From an uncultured Verrucomicrobiae bacterium (GTDB lineage Bacteria; Verrucomicrobiota; Verrucomicrobiia; Chthoniobacterales; JAFAMB01): a stretch of DNA of 64,000 nt. A program made the position numbers and the translations under genes. Shown in pieces: positions 20,713-32,363 of this stretch (its first letter is position 1; each line of letters opens with the position of its first letter). The stretch is taken from NCBI GenBank assembly GCA_963762565.1, contig CAVXLD010000007.1, positions 352,001 through 416,000 of the forward strand, in the 5' to 3' direction. The notes beneath the pieces were generated by a model. That model was not told the DNA's origin, did not search any database, and saw nothing but the letters and a program-made list of their open reading frames with translations.

Positions 20713-23700
20713 TCAGCGGTTAGGAATAGCTGTTGGAGATAGGTCATTAGTTTCTTTCGATCCGTTATTGGCGAGTTGCTGAAAGTGTTGCCAACGCTTC
20801 TGGATATTCTCCTGGGCTTGTAGGAATAAACGCCCGGCTTCTTCTGGTTTGCTCTTACTGAGCATTCTGAACCTGTTTTCCAACTTGAGATACTCGGATA
20901 CAGGCAATTTAGGAGCCGCCGAATCGATATGCAGCGGGTTTTCTCCTTTTGTGACCAGTGAGGGATTATAACGATAGAGCAACCACTGCCCTGTCTGGAC
21001 CGCAGCTTTTTGATTCTGCATCGCCGTGGTCATATTGATCCCGTGGGCGATGCAATGGCTGTAAGCGATGATCAGAGCGGGACCGTCGTAGGCCTCGGCT
21101 TCTAGAAATGACTTTAAGGTGTGTTCGTCTTTCGCGCCCATGGCAACACAGGCGACATAAATATTGCCGTAAGTCATGGAGATCAGTCCAAGGTCCTTCT
21201 TAGCAATGCGTTTGCCGCCCGCAGCGTATTTTGCGACTGCTCCCAGCGGAGTCGACTTGGAACATTGGCCGCCGGTGTTTGAATAAACCTCGGTATCCAG
21301 CAGCAAGACTTTCACGTTGCAGCCACTGGCGAGAACGTGATCGAGACCTCCGTAGCCGATGTCGTATCCCCAGCCGTCCCCACCAATTACCCAAACACTC
21401 TTGCGTACCAGGGTGTCAACCACAGGCAACAATTGCCGGGCAACCTCTGAGTCAGCCTTCTCCAACTCCCGCTTGAGCTGGGTGACTCGCGCGCGTTGTG
21501 CATACACGCCGGCGGCGTCCTTTTGATCTGCTGTGAGAATTTCCTCGACCAATTCAGCCCTGACCAGACCATCGAGTTGCCGCAGCAACTCGGCTGCGAA
21601 TTGAGATTGTTTGTCCAGAGACACTCGAAATCCCATGCCGAACTCGGCAGCGTCTTCGAATAGCGAGTTGGACCAGGCTGGTCCTAACCCATCGGCACCT
21701 GCTGCATAGGGAGTCGTTGGTAAGTTCCCGCCATAGATGGATGAACAACCGGTCGCATTCGCGATCAGCAACCGATCTCCGAACAGCTGGGTCAATAATT
21801 TAATATAGGGCGTCTCGCCACATCCGGCGCAAGCCCCGGAAAACTCGAAAAGCGGCTCGGCGACCTGCATGCCCCGGACATTCTCGAAGGAAAGCTGGGG
21901 GCGCTCCTGGTTAGGCAGAGCAGAGAAGAATTCCCAATTTTGACGTTCGGCGTCACGCAACTCGGAATGAGAGCGCATATTGATTGCCTTCAGCCGTGCT
22001 TCGCTCTTGTTGCGCGCCGGACAAACATCGACGCAAATGCCGCAACCAGTGCAATCCTCAGTGGAGACTTGCAACGTGTAGTTGAGCCCCTTCCATTCAG
22101 GAAGTCTGGCCTGGTTGGATTTGAACGAATCCGGCGCCGAAGTCAGAAATGACGGCTCGTAAACCTTACTTCTAATCACCGCGTGCGGACAAACTAAGAC
22201 GCACTTTCCGCACTGGATGCAGATGTCCGGATCCCAAACCGGCACTTCGAGGGCCAGATTCCGTTTCTCCCAGCGGGCAGTTCCCGTAGGATAGGTTCCA
22301 TCTACAGGCAATGCGCTGACGGGGACTTCGTCTCCGTGCCCGGCGATCAGTTTGCCGAGCACATCTCGAATGAATGGTGGCGCTTTGGTTACTGCGGCTG
22401 GTTCGAGCTCGGGTCGGGGAGTGACTTCTTCAGGAATATGAACTTCGAACAAGTACGTGAGAGTGTGGTCGACCGCGTTCAGGTTCGTCTGTACGATGTC
22501 GGCGCCTTTTTTTCCGTAAGTCTTACGAATCGAGTCTTTGATTGCGGACATCGCTTCTTGGCTGGGAAGCACGCCGGAGATGGCGAAGAAACAGGTCTGC
22601 ATGATCGTGTTGATCCTGCCGCCCATCCCGGTCTCATGAGCCACCTTATGTGCGTCGATCACAAAGAAGTGCGGCCGTTTTTCGATGAGTTGTTTCTGCA
22701 CCGATTCCGGCAGACGGCTCCAGACCTCGTCGGGGCCGAATGGCGTATTCAAAAGGAACGTCCCGTGTGGCGCGACCTTGTCTACGACATCGTAGCGTTC
22801 AAGAAAACCAGGCTGGTGACAGCCGACGAAATTTGCTTCGCTGACTAAATAAGTTGAACGAATTGGGCGGGGGCCAAACCGCAGATGCGAGATCGTCATC
22901 GCTCCGGATTTCTTGGAGTCGTAGACGAAATAACCTTGAGCGTAGTTGGGGGTATTTTCTCCGATGATCTTGATGGACTCCTTATTCGCGCCGACGGTGC
23001 CGTCAGATCCGAGCCCGTAAAAGACCGCTCGCACGACATCACTGGATTCTACCGAAAAGGAAGCATCATAGACCAGACTCGTTCCGGTAACGTCGTCATT
23101 GATCCCAATGGTAAAATGATTTTTCGGGATCGGTTCCTTCAAATTGTCCAACGCCGCCTTGACCATGGCCGGCGTGAATTCTTTCGAAGATAAACCGTAC
23201 CTTCCGCCAACGATCCGCAACTCGGTTCTGTTAGCTTCTTGCAGAGCATTAACGCAATCCAAGTAAAGCGGTTCACCAGCGCTACCCGGTTCCTTAGTTC
23301 GATCCAAAACTGCAATCGCTTTGACGGTGGATGGCAGGGCTCGAACGAAGCCGGGAGAGTCGAAAGGCCGGTATAGGCGAACTTTCAAAACCCCGACCTT
23401 CTCCCCCTGAGAATTCAAGAAATCCGCAGTCTCTTCTGCTGCTTCTCCGCCGGAGCCCATTATAACGATCACTCGCTCGGCATCGGCTGCCCCCTGATAG
23501 TCGAAGAGATGGTACTGGCGTCCGGTAAGAGCGGCGAAACGATCCATCGCGTCCTGTACGATATGCGGACACGCCTGATAAAATTGGTTAGCAGCTTCTC
23601 TCGCCTGGAAATAAACGTCCGGGTTCTGAGCAGTACCGCGGATAACTGGATGATCGGGAGACAAGGCGCGAGCTCGATGCGCGCGAACCCATTCTTCCTT

Positions 23701-24288
23701 GATCATGGTCCGCATAGTCTCGGGGGAAAGGATTTCGATCTTGGCGATTTCGTGCGAGGTACGGAATCCGTCGAAAAAGAAAAGGAATGGTACGCGCGAT
23801 TCAAGGGTTGCGGCGTGAGCAATCAAGGAAAAATCCTGTGCTTCCTGAACTGAAGCCGCAGAAAGCATGGCAAAGCCGGTTGCCCGCGCGGCCATAACAT
23901 CGCTATGATCGCCAAAGATGGAGAGGGCTTGGCCGGCTAATGACCTGGCGGCTACATGCAAAACGAACGGTGTTAGCTCACCCGCGATTTTGTAGAGGTT
24001 CGGGATCATGAGTAACAATCCCTGCGAAGCCGTAAACGTTGTGCTGAGAGAGCCGGTTTGAAGCGCGCCATGGATTGCACCGGCGGCTCCGCCTTCGCTT
24101 TGCATTTCAATGACGGCAGGAACGGTACCCCACAGATTCTTTTTACCGGCAGCAGCCCAAGCGTCCGCTGACTCGCCCATGGGGGAGGCTGGGGTAATGG
24201 GAAAAAGGGCGATCACTTCATTGAGTTGATAGGCGACCCGTGCCGCCGCTTCATTTCCGTCGATTGTGGCAAAAGATTTCGGGTTCAT
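20713..24288 (-). CDS. nifJ: Pyruvate:ferredoxin (flavodoxin) oxidoreductase, homodimeric
   Basis: PITP, EMQSEGGAAG, two CxxCxxCxxxCP ferredoxin motifs, GACAGCGE, GGDGW. Confidence 0.97.
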   Translation of the reverse strand: MNPKSFATIDGNEAAARVAYQLNEVIALFPITPASPMGESADAWAAAGKKNLWGTVPAVIEMQSEGGAAGAIHGALQTGSLSTTFTASQGLLLMIPNLYKIAGELTPFVLHVAARSLAGQALSIFGDHSDVMAARATGFAMLSAASVQEAQDFSLIAHAATLESRVPFLFFFDGFRTSHEIAKIEILSPETMRTMIKEEWVRAHRARALSPDHPVIRGTAQNPDVYFQAREAANQFYQACPHIVQDAMDRFAALTGRQYHLFDYQGAADAERVIVIMGSGGEAAEETADFLNSQGEKVGVLKVRLYRPFDSPGFVRALPSTVKAIAVLDRTKEPGSAGEPLYLDCVNALQEANRTELRIVGGRYGLSSKEFTPAMVKAALDNLKEPIPKNHFTIGINDDVTGTSLVYDASFSVESSDVVRAVFYGLGSDGTVGANKESIKIIGENTPNYAQGYFVYDSKKSGAMTISHLRFGPRPIRSTYLVSEANFVGCHQPGFLERYDVVDKVAPHGTFLLNTPFGPDEVWSRLPESVQKQLIEKRPHFFVIDAHKVAHETGMGGRINTIMQTCFFAISGVLPSQEAMSAIKDSIRKTYGKKGADIVQTNLNAVDHTLTYLFEVHIPEEVTPRPELEPAAVTKAPPFIRDVLGKLIAGHGDEVPVSALPVDGTYPTGTARWEKRNLALEVPVWDPDICIQCGKCVLVCPHAVIRSKVYEPSFLTSAPDSFKSNQARLPEWKGLNYTLQVSTEDCTGCGICVDVCPARNKSEARLKAINMRSHSELRDAERQNWEFFSALPNQERPQLSFENVRGMQVAEPLFEFSGACAGCGETPYIKLLTQLFGDRLLIANATGCSSIYGGNLPTTPYAAGADGLGPAWSNSLFEDAAEFGMGFRVSLDKQSQFAAELLRQLDGLVRAELVEEILTADQKDAAGVYAQRARVTQLKRELEKADSEVARQLLPVVDTLVRKSVWVIGGDGWGYDIGYGGLDHVLASGCNVKVLLLDTEVYSNTGGQCSKSTPLGAVAKYAAGGKRIAKKDLGLISMTYGNIYVACVAMGAKDEHTLKSFLEAEAYDGPALIIAYSHCIAHGINMTTAMQNQKAAVQTGQWLLYRYNPSLVTKGENPLHIDSAAPKLPVSEYLKLENRFRMLSKSKPEEAGRLFLQAQENIQKRWQHFQQLANNGSKETNDLSPTAIPNR

Positions 24289-24417
24289 GGCTTCTCGTAG
24301 AAGTTATCCCGGTGGTTGCGATTGGCTTACCGCGGATTGGCCAAACCTGATTCTCTTTTGTGGGGGGCCGTGTGCGGCCAGGTAATTCATTGCCGGGTCT
24401 GCGTGCAAAAAAGGGAC

Positions 24418-24759
24418 CCGTCCCGTAGGGACTGAATGATGGTAGCCAGGCAGTTCACTGCCTGGAACCTCCCGCCCAAGACGATACCGTCTCGTAGAGA
24501 CGGTATGATTTAATGGCCCTCCTAATCGTGTTCAGGTCGATTTTTAGCGCTAACGCATGGAGACTGGTATCGGGTTTGGAGGAAATCGAAACGCGAGGCA
24601 ACTCACAAACGCTCGGCAGAACGCGCTTTCGAGCCCGCGTGCCAGCACGATTACGTGACCGTTAACTAATCATACCGTCTCTACGAGACGGTATCGACTT
24701 GGGTGCGGGTTCCAGGCAGTGAACTGCCAGGCTACGATCACTTAGTCCCTACGGGACGG
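24418..24759. mobile_element. Non-autonomous MITE/REPIN-like element with ~90-bp inverted arms
   Basis: Arms CCGTCCCGTAGGGACTGAATGATGGTAGCCAGGCAGTTCACTGCCTGG...ACCGTCTCGTAGAGACGGTATGAT at both ends; core homologous to 44009-44334. Confidence 0.85.
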
Positions 24760-24919
24760 ATGCCTCGTTTGGGCAAATCGAGGTCGATCAACTGTGCAGC
24801 CACGGGTCATTCATGTCCTCGGGCGCAATCCGACACTCTTGGCACAGCCATGTCTCGGACCTGAATACTACTATGTCTTCAACGCCCCCTACCGATCACC
24901 AATCACTGGTCACTGATCA

Positions 24920-27682
24920 CTAATCACCTGCACTACCCCCTGGCCTTTCCCCGTCGAGATACATCTCCGCCAGCATTACCTCGGTCATACGATCATAATT
25001 GACCTCGAAGCCAACTTTCCGGGAGACGTCTCGCATGCCATAATTATCGGGTAATATATGCCCGATAATGCGGTTAACACCTTCCTGCCGGCCGATATCT
25101 ACCAGCAGCGTCAGGAGGCGGGTCCCTAATCCTTTTCCCTGGAACTGATCGCTAACCAAGAGGGCAAACTGAGCTTCATCCCCGCTATGCGCTTTGATCA
25201 ATCTGCCGGTCGCAATGATCTCATCCTCTTTCGTTTCCGGATTTTGACGAATCGCAACTAGTGCAATCTCCCGGTCGTAGTCGTTGAAACAAATTCGAGT
25301 TAATCGTTCATGCGCTACTCGTTTTTCGAGCTTGGATACGCCGAAGTAGCGAAAATGCACGGTTTCTTCGGACAAAGTGCCATGAAATCGTACCATCAAA
25401 GGTTCGTCCTCCGGCCGGATCGGCCTGAGTGTCACTGGGGTTCCATCTTTCAATGTCCAGGTGCTGGCATACTGTTGCGGGTAAGGCCGAATCGCGAGCG
25501 GCGGTAAGTCTTTCTTCGCCATACCTGACTCGTGCAAAACGATCCTGGCATCGAGAGCTAGCAGCTGGTCGGACGAGACCACCAGTGGATTCACATCGAT
25601 TTCTTTGATCCAACGTTGTTCGGCTACTAATAAGCTGAACTGCACCAGCACACGTTCCAATTCTGCCAAATCGACAGCGGCTCTGCCGCGTACGCCTTGC
25701 AGGGCAGTGTAGATATGGGTTCGCTCTATCAGCCTCCGAGCTAACGTCGCATTCAGGGGCGGCAATCCTAACGCATAGTCCTTCATGACCTCAACTAGTT
25801 GCCCTCCTGATCCGAACAAAAGTACCGGACCAAATTGTGCATCGATACTGCTGCCAAGGATCAATTCATAACCCTCTGCTTTGACCATAGGTTCGACCGT
25901 AACTCCGAGAAATGCTCCCGGTTTGTCCCTGACCGCGTCCTCGATTTGCCGGTAAGCACGCCGAATTTCGTCTTCGCTTTGCAGGTTCAATTTGACGCCG
26001 CCAACATCAGTCTTGTGGGTAATAACCTCGGAACACAATTTCAGAACTACCGTTTTACCTAGCTTCTTCGCTCCCTGTACGGCTTCTTCCTCGTTACGGG
26101 CAATGAGAGTTTTGACCGTCGGTATGTCATAAGCTTCCAGTACCTCTTTTGATTCTACCTCGGTCAGAAGCGTGCGATTGCTCTTTCGCACTTCCTTGAG
26201 GATCTTTTCCGCTCGCAAACGGTTTGATGAATCATCGGACCATTTGCTGGAAAGGGCCGGCGTTTCGTAAAGCAGGCGCAGGTTGTCGCTGTAGCGCCAC
26301 ATGTAACAAAAAGTTCGAGCGGCGGCATCCGGGAACTGGAAAGTTGGTATACCACCTGCATTGAGGATGGCTTCACCTTCGGCAACCTTAGCGGCCCCCA
26401 TCCAGCTAGCCAAAATCGGTTTCCCGGAGAGATTCTTAAAGCCGGCCAGTCCTTTAGCGATCGCGGTAGAATCGGTCATTGCTTGAGGCGTCACAATGGC
26501 CAAGACACCATCGATGTTGGGATCGGCACTAACAATTTCAATGGCTTTGATGTATCGTTCCGCATCGGCATCGCCGAGCACATCCACGGGATTGTTGCGG
26601 CTCCAATGGCTGGGGAGCAGCGCATTGAGCTGCTGAAAGCTTTCAGCGGATAGCTGGGCAATTTCTCCGCCTTCTTCCGCCAACATATCCGTGGCCAGCA
26701 CAGCGGGTCCGCCGGCATTGGTTACCAATGCCAAGCGGGGGCCTTCAGGTCGCGGTTGCTTGCTCAGTACTTCTGCCATCGAAAACAGATCCTCGATGGT
26801 CTTTACTCGCAGCACGCCGACTCGCCGAAAGGCCGCTTCCAACACGGCGTCGTTACCGGTAAGCGTGCCCGTATGGGAAGCGACTGCTTTGGCGGCGGCC
26901 TCCGTACAGCCGGCCTTTATTACGATAATTGGTTTGCGCAGGGCCGTCTCGCGAGCGGCGGAAAGGAACGATCGAGCGTCGCCCACTGATTCCATGTAAA
27001 TGAGGATACTTCTGGTATGGGGATCCTGTGCCAGGTAATCGATTAAATCTCCCCAGGTTACGTCCAACATCGACCCGGTGGAAATAAATGCGCTAAATCC
27101 AACCTGCTCGCGAATGCTCCAATCCAGTACGGATGTGCACAGGGCCCCGCTTTGGCTGATGAAGGCGACATTTCCCTTTAGAGCCATGCTATCGGCGAAG
27201 GTGGCGTTCAAACCCAGATTCGGCATCATGACCCCGAGGCAATTCGGCCCAATGATCCGCATATCGCCTTGGCGTGCTACTATCTCTTGCTCCAATTTTA
27301 TCCCGTCAGCGCCGATTTCTTTGAATCCGGCGGTAATGATGACTGCACCATTCACTCCGGCGGCGGCACATTCGCTGATCAGGTTCGGGACAGTTGGAGC
27401 AGGCGTAGCGATGATGGCCAGGTCGACGGGCTGAGGTGTGTCGCTAATCTTGGCGAAGGTGTTCACTCCTAACACCGTGGCTCGCTTGGGGTTGATAGGA
27501 TAAACGTCTCCGCTGAACGGACGGAGATTCTCCATCAAGGTACGCCCAACGCTGTTCTCTGTTTCAGTCGCGCCGATCACTGCAACGGCTCGAGGATTCA
27601 ACATGGCATCCAGCCTGGACCGACGGTGGTCAATGCGGCGACGGAATGGCTTGGTAACAGGCGAAGCTGATGTCGTGCTCAT
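24920..27682 (-). CDS. Acetate-CoA ligase (ADP-forming)-like protein fused to a GNAT domain (Pat/Pka family), copy 1
   Basis: CoA-binding domain, [25 protein letters not shown]-grasp [18 protein letters not shown]. Confidence 0.93.
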   Translation of the reverse strand: MSTTSASPVTKPFRRRIDHRRSRLDAMLNPRAVAVIGATETENSVGRTLMENLRPFSGDVYPINPKRATVLGVNTFAKISDTPQPVDLAIIATPAPTVPNLISECAAAGVNGAVIITAGFKEIGADGIKLEQEIVARQGDMRIIGPNCLGVMMPNLGLNATFADSMALKGNVAFISQSGALCTSVLDWSIREQVGFSAFISTGSMLDVTWGDLIDYLAQDPHTRSILIYMESVGDARSFLSAARETALRKPIIVIKAGCTEAAAKAVASHTGTLTGNDAVLEAAFRRVGVLRVKTIEDLFSMAEVLSKQPRPEGPRLALVTNAGGPAVLATDMLAEEGGEIAQLSAESFQQLNALLPSHWSRNNPVDVLGDADAERYIKAIEIVSADPNIDGVLAIVTPQAMTDSTAIAKGLAGFKNLSGKPILASWMGAAKVAEGEAILNAGGIPTFQFPDAAARTFCYMWRYSDNLRLLYETPALSSKWSDDSSNRLRAEKILKEVRKSNRTLLTEVESKEVLEAYDIPTVKTLIARNEEEAVQGAKKLGKTVVLKLCSEVITHKTDVGGVKLNLQSEDEIRRAYRQIEDAVRDKPGAFLGVTVEPMVKAEGYELILGSSIDAQFGPVLLFGSGGQLVEVMKDYALGLPPLNATLARRLIERTHIYTALQGVRGRAAVDLAELERVLVQFSLLVAEQRWIKEIDVNPLVVSSDQLLALDARIVLHESGMAKKDLPPLAIRPYPQQYASTWTLKDGTPVTLRPIRPEDEPLMVRFHGTLSEETVHFRYFGVSKLEKRVAHERLTRICFNDYDREIALVAIRQNPETKEDEIIATGRLIKAHSGDEAQFALLVSDQFQGKGLGTRLLTLLVDIGRQEGVNRIIGHILPDNYGMRDVSRKVGFEVNYDRMTEVMLAEMYLDGERPGGSAGD

Positions 27683-27935
27683 AGTGACTAATATCAGTTG
27701 TTTACTTCAAGCGGCTTATCCGAGATTGCTTAAATGTCTGCCGATTTTGGCGACCAAAATCCGGTTATGATGATGGCAAAAACTCGACGAATCGAGAATA
27801 AAAGCGAGCATTACCCGCTTTCTCTTTTGTGGAAGTAAATAGCAGCCCACATATGGCCAATCTATGGCCAGACAGGCATAGGCTAGACAACCTATTTTCA
27901 AAGTAAGGGGCTTTTGCTCGAAACTAACAATGTAG

Positions 27936-29246
27936 ATGAAATCAATGAATACACCTGTTTGCGAAACACCGACAGGCGTTGCGCCGGCGGCAATCCCGAA
28001 TTGCTGGACCAGGGCAGAGCCGCGGTGGAAAGATATCGTTCGCCCATATAGCAAAAAGGAAGTTGAACGGCTCCAAGGAACGGTAAAGATCGAACATACC
28101 TTGGCGCGATTGGGCGCCGAGCGGCTCTGGAAGCTGCTCCAGGAGGAGGATTACGTGGCGGCACTAGGAGCGCTGACGGGAAATCAAGCGGTCCAGCAGG
28201 TTCAGGCTGGCCTAAAGGCTGTCTACCTCAGTGGGTGGCAAGTCGCGGCAGATGCCAATCTCGCAGGCCAAATGTATCCCGACCAGAGTTTGTATCCAGC
28301 CAACAGCGTGCCGGCCGTCGTTAAGCGAATCAACAATGCGTTGCTCCGGGCGGACCAGATTTGTCATCTGGAGGGAAAACATCAGACCCATTGGCTAGCG
28401 CCGATCGTCGCTGATGCCGAAGCCGGATTCGGTGGACCGCTGAATGTCTTTGAATTGGTTAAATCGATGATCGAGGCGGGTGCTGCCGGAGTTCATCTGG
28501 AGGATCAACTCGCCGCCGAAAAGAAGTGTGGCCACATGGGCGGAAAGGTCCTAATTCCAACTCAGCACGCGATTAAACATCTGATTGCGGCCAGGTTGGC
28601 AGCGGACGTCTGCCAAGTTCCAACTGTGCTCCTGGCCAGAACTGATGCGAACGCGGCTAATCTTCTGACAAGTGATGTGGACGAGCGAGATAAGCATTTC
28701 ATCACCGGTGAACGAACCGCGGAGGGATTCTATCGAGTTCGTGCCGGAATCGATCAAGCCATTGATCGCGGACTTTCTTACGCTCCTTATGCGGATCTGC
28801 TCTGGTGTGAAACCGGCGAGCCGAATCTGGCTGATGCCAAGCGATTTGCCGAAGCAGTGCATCAGCAGTATCCGGGCAAAGTACTGGCTTATAACTGCTC
28901 GCCGTCATTTAACTGGAAAAAGAAACTTGATGATGCGGCGATCGCGCGGTTCCAGCGCGAGCTTGGGGCGATGGGATACAAGTTCCAGTTCATCACCCTG
29001 GCCGGTTTTCACGCGTTGAACTACAGCATGTTTACCCTGGCCCGAGGTTACCGAGAGCGCGGTATGGCCGCCTACGCCGAGTTGCAGGAGGCCGAGTTTG
29101 CCGCCGAGGCGGATGGATATACCGCCACGCGGCACCAACGGGAGGTCGGTACCGCGTATTTCGACGAGGTAAGCCAGGTCATCTCCGAAGGCGAATCTTC
29201 GACAACGGCGTTACATGGGTCTACCGAATTAGAACAATTCCATTAG
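27936..29246 (+). CDS. aceA: Isocitrate lyase
   Basis: [23 protein letters not shown] catalytic motif, [10 protein letters not shown]. Confidence 0.98.
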   Translation: MKSMNTPVCETPTGVAPAAIPNCWTRAEPRWKDIVRPYSKKEVERLQGTVKIEHTLARLGAERLWKLLQEEDYVAALGALTGNQAVQQVQAGLKAVYLSGWQVAADANLAGQMYPDQSLYPANSVPAVVKRINNALLRADQICHLEGKHQTHWLAPIVADAEAGFGGPLNVFELVKSMIEAGAAGVHLEDQLAAEKKCGHMGGKVLIPTQHAIKHLIAARLAADVCQVPTVLLARTDANAANLLTSDVDERDKHFITGERTAEGFYRVRAGIDQAIDRGLSYAPYADLLWCETGEPNLADAKRFAEAVHQQYPGKVLAYNCSPSFNWKKKLDDAAIARFQRELGAMGYKFQFITLAGFHALNYSMFTLARGYRERGMAAYAELQEAEFAAEADGYTATRHQREVGTAYFDEVSQVISEGESSTTALHGSTELEQFH

Positions 29247-30977
29247 TTGAACTGCGAACTGCAATCCGGGAAACTGACTGATAGCCGGTTGGCGGCTCTC
29301 TGCGCGACCGCTGCCTACCGGGCATTTCTAAGGTATCGCGCTGAGTTTCACACGATTACCCGGCGAGCTGCAGACCGGTTTTTGCGTCGTGACTGGCCGG
29401 GGGCCTACTCAGATGCGGCAGAGCGCCTCGGTCTATATAGCCAGGTACTGGACGAGCTAGTCGCTGCTATTCACGGGTTGATGGGCAATCGTCTCGAAGA
29501 AAAAACTGTCTGGGTTGCAATCAAAGCGGTTTACTCATCCTTGATCACCTTTTGCGACGATTGGGAAATTGCTGAGAGTTTTTTCAACTCTTTGACCCGG
29601 CGTGTTTTCACCACCGTCGGCGTCAATCAGCAGATCGAGTTTGTTGACAGCGACTTTGATGCTCCACCTACCGGGTCTTCCGGCACAGGGCAACGAGTTT
29701 ATCAGGGAGGCGCACCTCCAGTGTTACTGGGAGCGATCTTAACTGATTTGGGTTTTCCCGCGGAATATTATGCCGACTTGACCGCGGCGGTCACGGCTGC
29801 TGCTGCTCGTTTAGAGATTGAATTGGGGGGTACCGTCACTCGGATTGAGATGGTGGAAAATGTCTTCTTTCGCGGAAAGAGCGCTTATTTGGTGGGCGCC
29901 GCGTTTCGGGGCGACGATCAACGCGGCTTTCCTATCGGACTCGCATTGCTGCACCGCCAGACTGGAATAACCCTCGACGCTTTGCTCGTGGGCGAAGATG
30001 ACATCGCCATCCTTTTCAGCTTCACTCGTTCATACTTCCGGGTGGATGCGACACAGCCCTACGAGCTGGTGCGTTTTTTAAAATCGCTGATGCCCCGCAA
30101 GCCTTTGGCAGAACTCTATACTGCAATCGGTTACAATAAACACGGCAAAACCGAATTTTACCGTGACTTCCTGCACCACCTTGACGTCTCCGAAGACCAA
30201 CTCGAGAAAGCTGAAGGAGAGCGGGGAATGGTAATGGCCGTTTTCACTCTTCCCTCCTATGATGTCGTCTTTAAGCTGATCAAGGATCGATTCGACTACC
30301 CAAAGGACTCTTCTAGATCAGAGGTGATGCGCAAGTACCGCTTGGTCTTTGAGCATGACCGCGCCGGACGGTTAGTTGAGGCATATGAATTTGAGCATCT
30401 ACGAATTCCAAGCGACCGCTTCCGGCCGGAGTTACTCGAAGAGCTGCAGCGCGGTGCGGCGAGTACGGTTACTATCGAGGACAGTGATGTCGTGATTAAG
30501 CATGTTTATGTCGAGCGCCGGGTGCGACCACTGAACCTCTATCTTGCGGAAACGAACGAACTCGCTGCTCGCGCTGCGGTGCTTGATTATGGCCAGGCGG
30601 TTAAAGACCTTGCCGCGACGAACATTTTTCCAGGAGACCTCCTTCTGAAGAACTTTGGCGTCACGCGACACGGACGTGTGGTTTTCTACGATTATGACGA
30701 GCTCTGCTGGCTGACCGATTGCAATTTTCGTGAGCTACCGGCAGCCACTAGCTATGAAGAAGAGATCGCAAGCGAGCCGTGGTTCTTCGTACATGAAAAC
30801 GACATTTTCCCGGAAGAATTTCTGCGCTTCCTAGGCTTCCGCCCGGATCTAGTTAAAATCTTGGTTGCCTACCATGGCGACTTGTTCGAAGCCGCGGCCT
30901 GGCGACGCGTGCAGAGCGCTCTTCTGGCTGGAAATATCCTGGACATCTTCCCGTACAGTGCGGACAAACGGCTGTAA
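29247..30977 (+). CDS. aceK: Isocitrate dehydrogenase kinase/phosphatase
   Basis: AESFFNS, FSFTRSYF, KHGKTEFYR, NIFPGDLLLKNFG, VFYDYDE. Confidence 0.96.
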   Translation: MNCELQSGKLTDSRLAALCATAAYRAFLRYRAEFHTITRRAADRFLRRDWPGAYSDAAERLGLYSQVLDELVAAIHGLMGNRLEEKTVWVAIKAVYSSLITFCDDWEIAESFFNSLTRRVFTTVGVNQQIEFVDSDFDAPPTGSSGTGQRVYQGGAPPVLLGAILTDLGFPAEYYADLTAAVTAAAARLEIELGGTVTRIEMVENVFFRGKSAYLVGAAFRGDDQRGFPIGLALLHRQTGITLDALLVGEDDIAILFSFTRSYFRVDATQPYELVRFLKSLMPRKPLAELYTAIGYNKHGKTEFYRDFLHHLDVSEDQLEKAEGERGMVMAVFTLPSYDVVFKLIKDRFDYPKDSSRSEVMRKYRLVFEHDRAGRLVEAYEFEHLRIPSDRFRPELLEELQRGAASTVTIEDSDVVIKHVYVERRVRPLNLYLAETNELAARAAVLDYGQAVKDLAATNIFPGDLLLKNFGVTRHGRVVFYDYDELCWLTDCNFRELPAATSYEEEIASEPWFFVHENDIFPEEFLRFLGFRPDLVKILVAYHGDLFEAAAWRRVQSALLAGNILDIFPYSADKRL

Positions 30978-31033
30978 CGAGCGTGTGGGCGTTGGGCGCG
31001 TATGGACGAACGGGCAGCGCGGCGGGACGCATC

Positions 31034-31273
31034 GGTAGGGCGAGGCTCCCGAAAGACCTGGACGCGTTGCCAGGGTGTAGAGTGATCCATACGGCGTTCG
31101 TAATATTAGGCCGACAGGCGCGCCGAGCCGTTCACCCCAGACGTGCCACCGTCCAACGCGAAGCCACATCGGTCACCGCGGCTCGGCCGGTTTTCGGCGT
31201 AGCGGGCGAATCGGCCAATCAACCGCATCATCTCCGCACAAGCTGCCAGTGTATTCGGGAGCCTCGCCCTACC
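31034..31273. repeat. GTAG-type REP doublet
   Basis: GGTAGGGCGAGGCTCCCGAA (31034-31053) and its perfect reverse complement (31254-31273). Confidence 0.8.
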
Positions 31274-31346
31274 AGCGTTTCGTGCCGCGCCGCCCAACAT
31301 GCCCACCTGCCGATCCGCCGACACGCCCGGCATGTTCCCCAACGCG

Positions 31347-31898
31347 CTACAATATGACTTCCGGCGGCACACCCAGCTGATTGCGGGCCGCGAACCAATC
31401 GGACTCTGCATCCCCAGGGTAACTCCCGCCCCCTTGGACCCGTCGCGCCCAAATCGAGAATGCAAGGTTCTGCACCTTAGCGCGCAATTCCTCCATTTTT
31501 GATTGAGCCACCTCCGATTTCAGTTCTTCGAGAGCGGTGTAATCCTCAAGTGTGCTCAGGTCGCCCAACGGCTTCTCTTCCACGACGGCCTGAATCGCGC
31601 GTCGCACAATCTTGCCAGACCGGGTTCGCGGCAGCTGTTTAACAATGTGGATTGCAACCGGACGCGCAATCGCCCCGAGACGCCCGAGAATAATTTGAAT
31701 GATCTCATTCTTCAGTTCCGGTTCCTCTTTTAGCGAGCCTTGACGAACAACAGCGAAGCAATGAATTACTTGCCCTTTTATCTCGTCGTCGAGGAAAGGA
31801 GTTTTCCAATGGATTGCTTCCGCCTGGCCTTGCCAAAAGGAAGTCGGATCGGTTACTGACCAGTTATACAATTCACTATAAGAGCTCGAGTCGTTCAT
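31347..31898 (-). pseudogene. prpE: Internally deleted propionate/acetate-CoA ligase (PrpE-like), in frame, with a DUF2934-like tail
   Basis: N-terminal FW...A..IHWKTPF joined directly to C-domain DEIKGQ...LPRTRSGKIVRR...GDLSTLED; tail AFSIW...GDAESDWFAARNQL. Confidence 0.75.
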
Positions 31899-31990
31899 GG
31901 GAAAGCGCACCCTTCACGTTTCGTTTATTTGCTTCCGCCTTTGGCAGTGGTAGGAACTGCGATTCCCTCACCGTGAGGCGGATGCTTTTC

Positions 31991-32181
31991 GGACTTGGCG
32001 CAGTACTCCAACACTCCCACACTCCATCGCTCCGCGTGGCCGCATTCGAGGACAGCCTGTCCGACGAAGCCTATGCCCTATGTTGCCGACCGCTCGAAGT
32101 CGGCCTCGCAAGCGAGGCGCGCTCCACAACCAGGCGTTGGCGAAGTCGGAAGAACGACGACGAGGACGAGAACGAAGCGCC
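31991..32181 (+). repeat. Dispersed ~190-bp intergenic repeat, copy 2
   Basis: Homologous to 7928-8114 in the opposite orientation. Confidence 0.85.
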
Positions 32182-32363
32182 TTGTGATGCGTTGGGCATG
32201 CGATGCTGCTCTGTTCATTAGGCGAACGAAGCGCCTAAAAAGGCGAAACTAGACGTCTAAACTGGACAACGAACCAAACCTTCGATTCAATGAATAACCA
32301 CGATTCCGGCTTGGTTTGACTGGAAGCCTGGCCCCCCGGCAGATCTGGAAAGAGCGACCTCAG

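Noticed and set aside
24418..24759. CRISPR array suggested by recurring palindromes
   Set aside because: Repeats are inverted arms, not direct repeats with unique spacers; no cas genes in the window
30983..31465. Arg/Ala-rich ORFs after aceK
   Set aside because: GC-rich REP-containing intergenic DNA with no protein-like features
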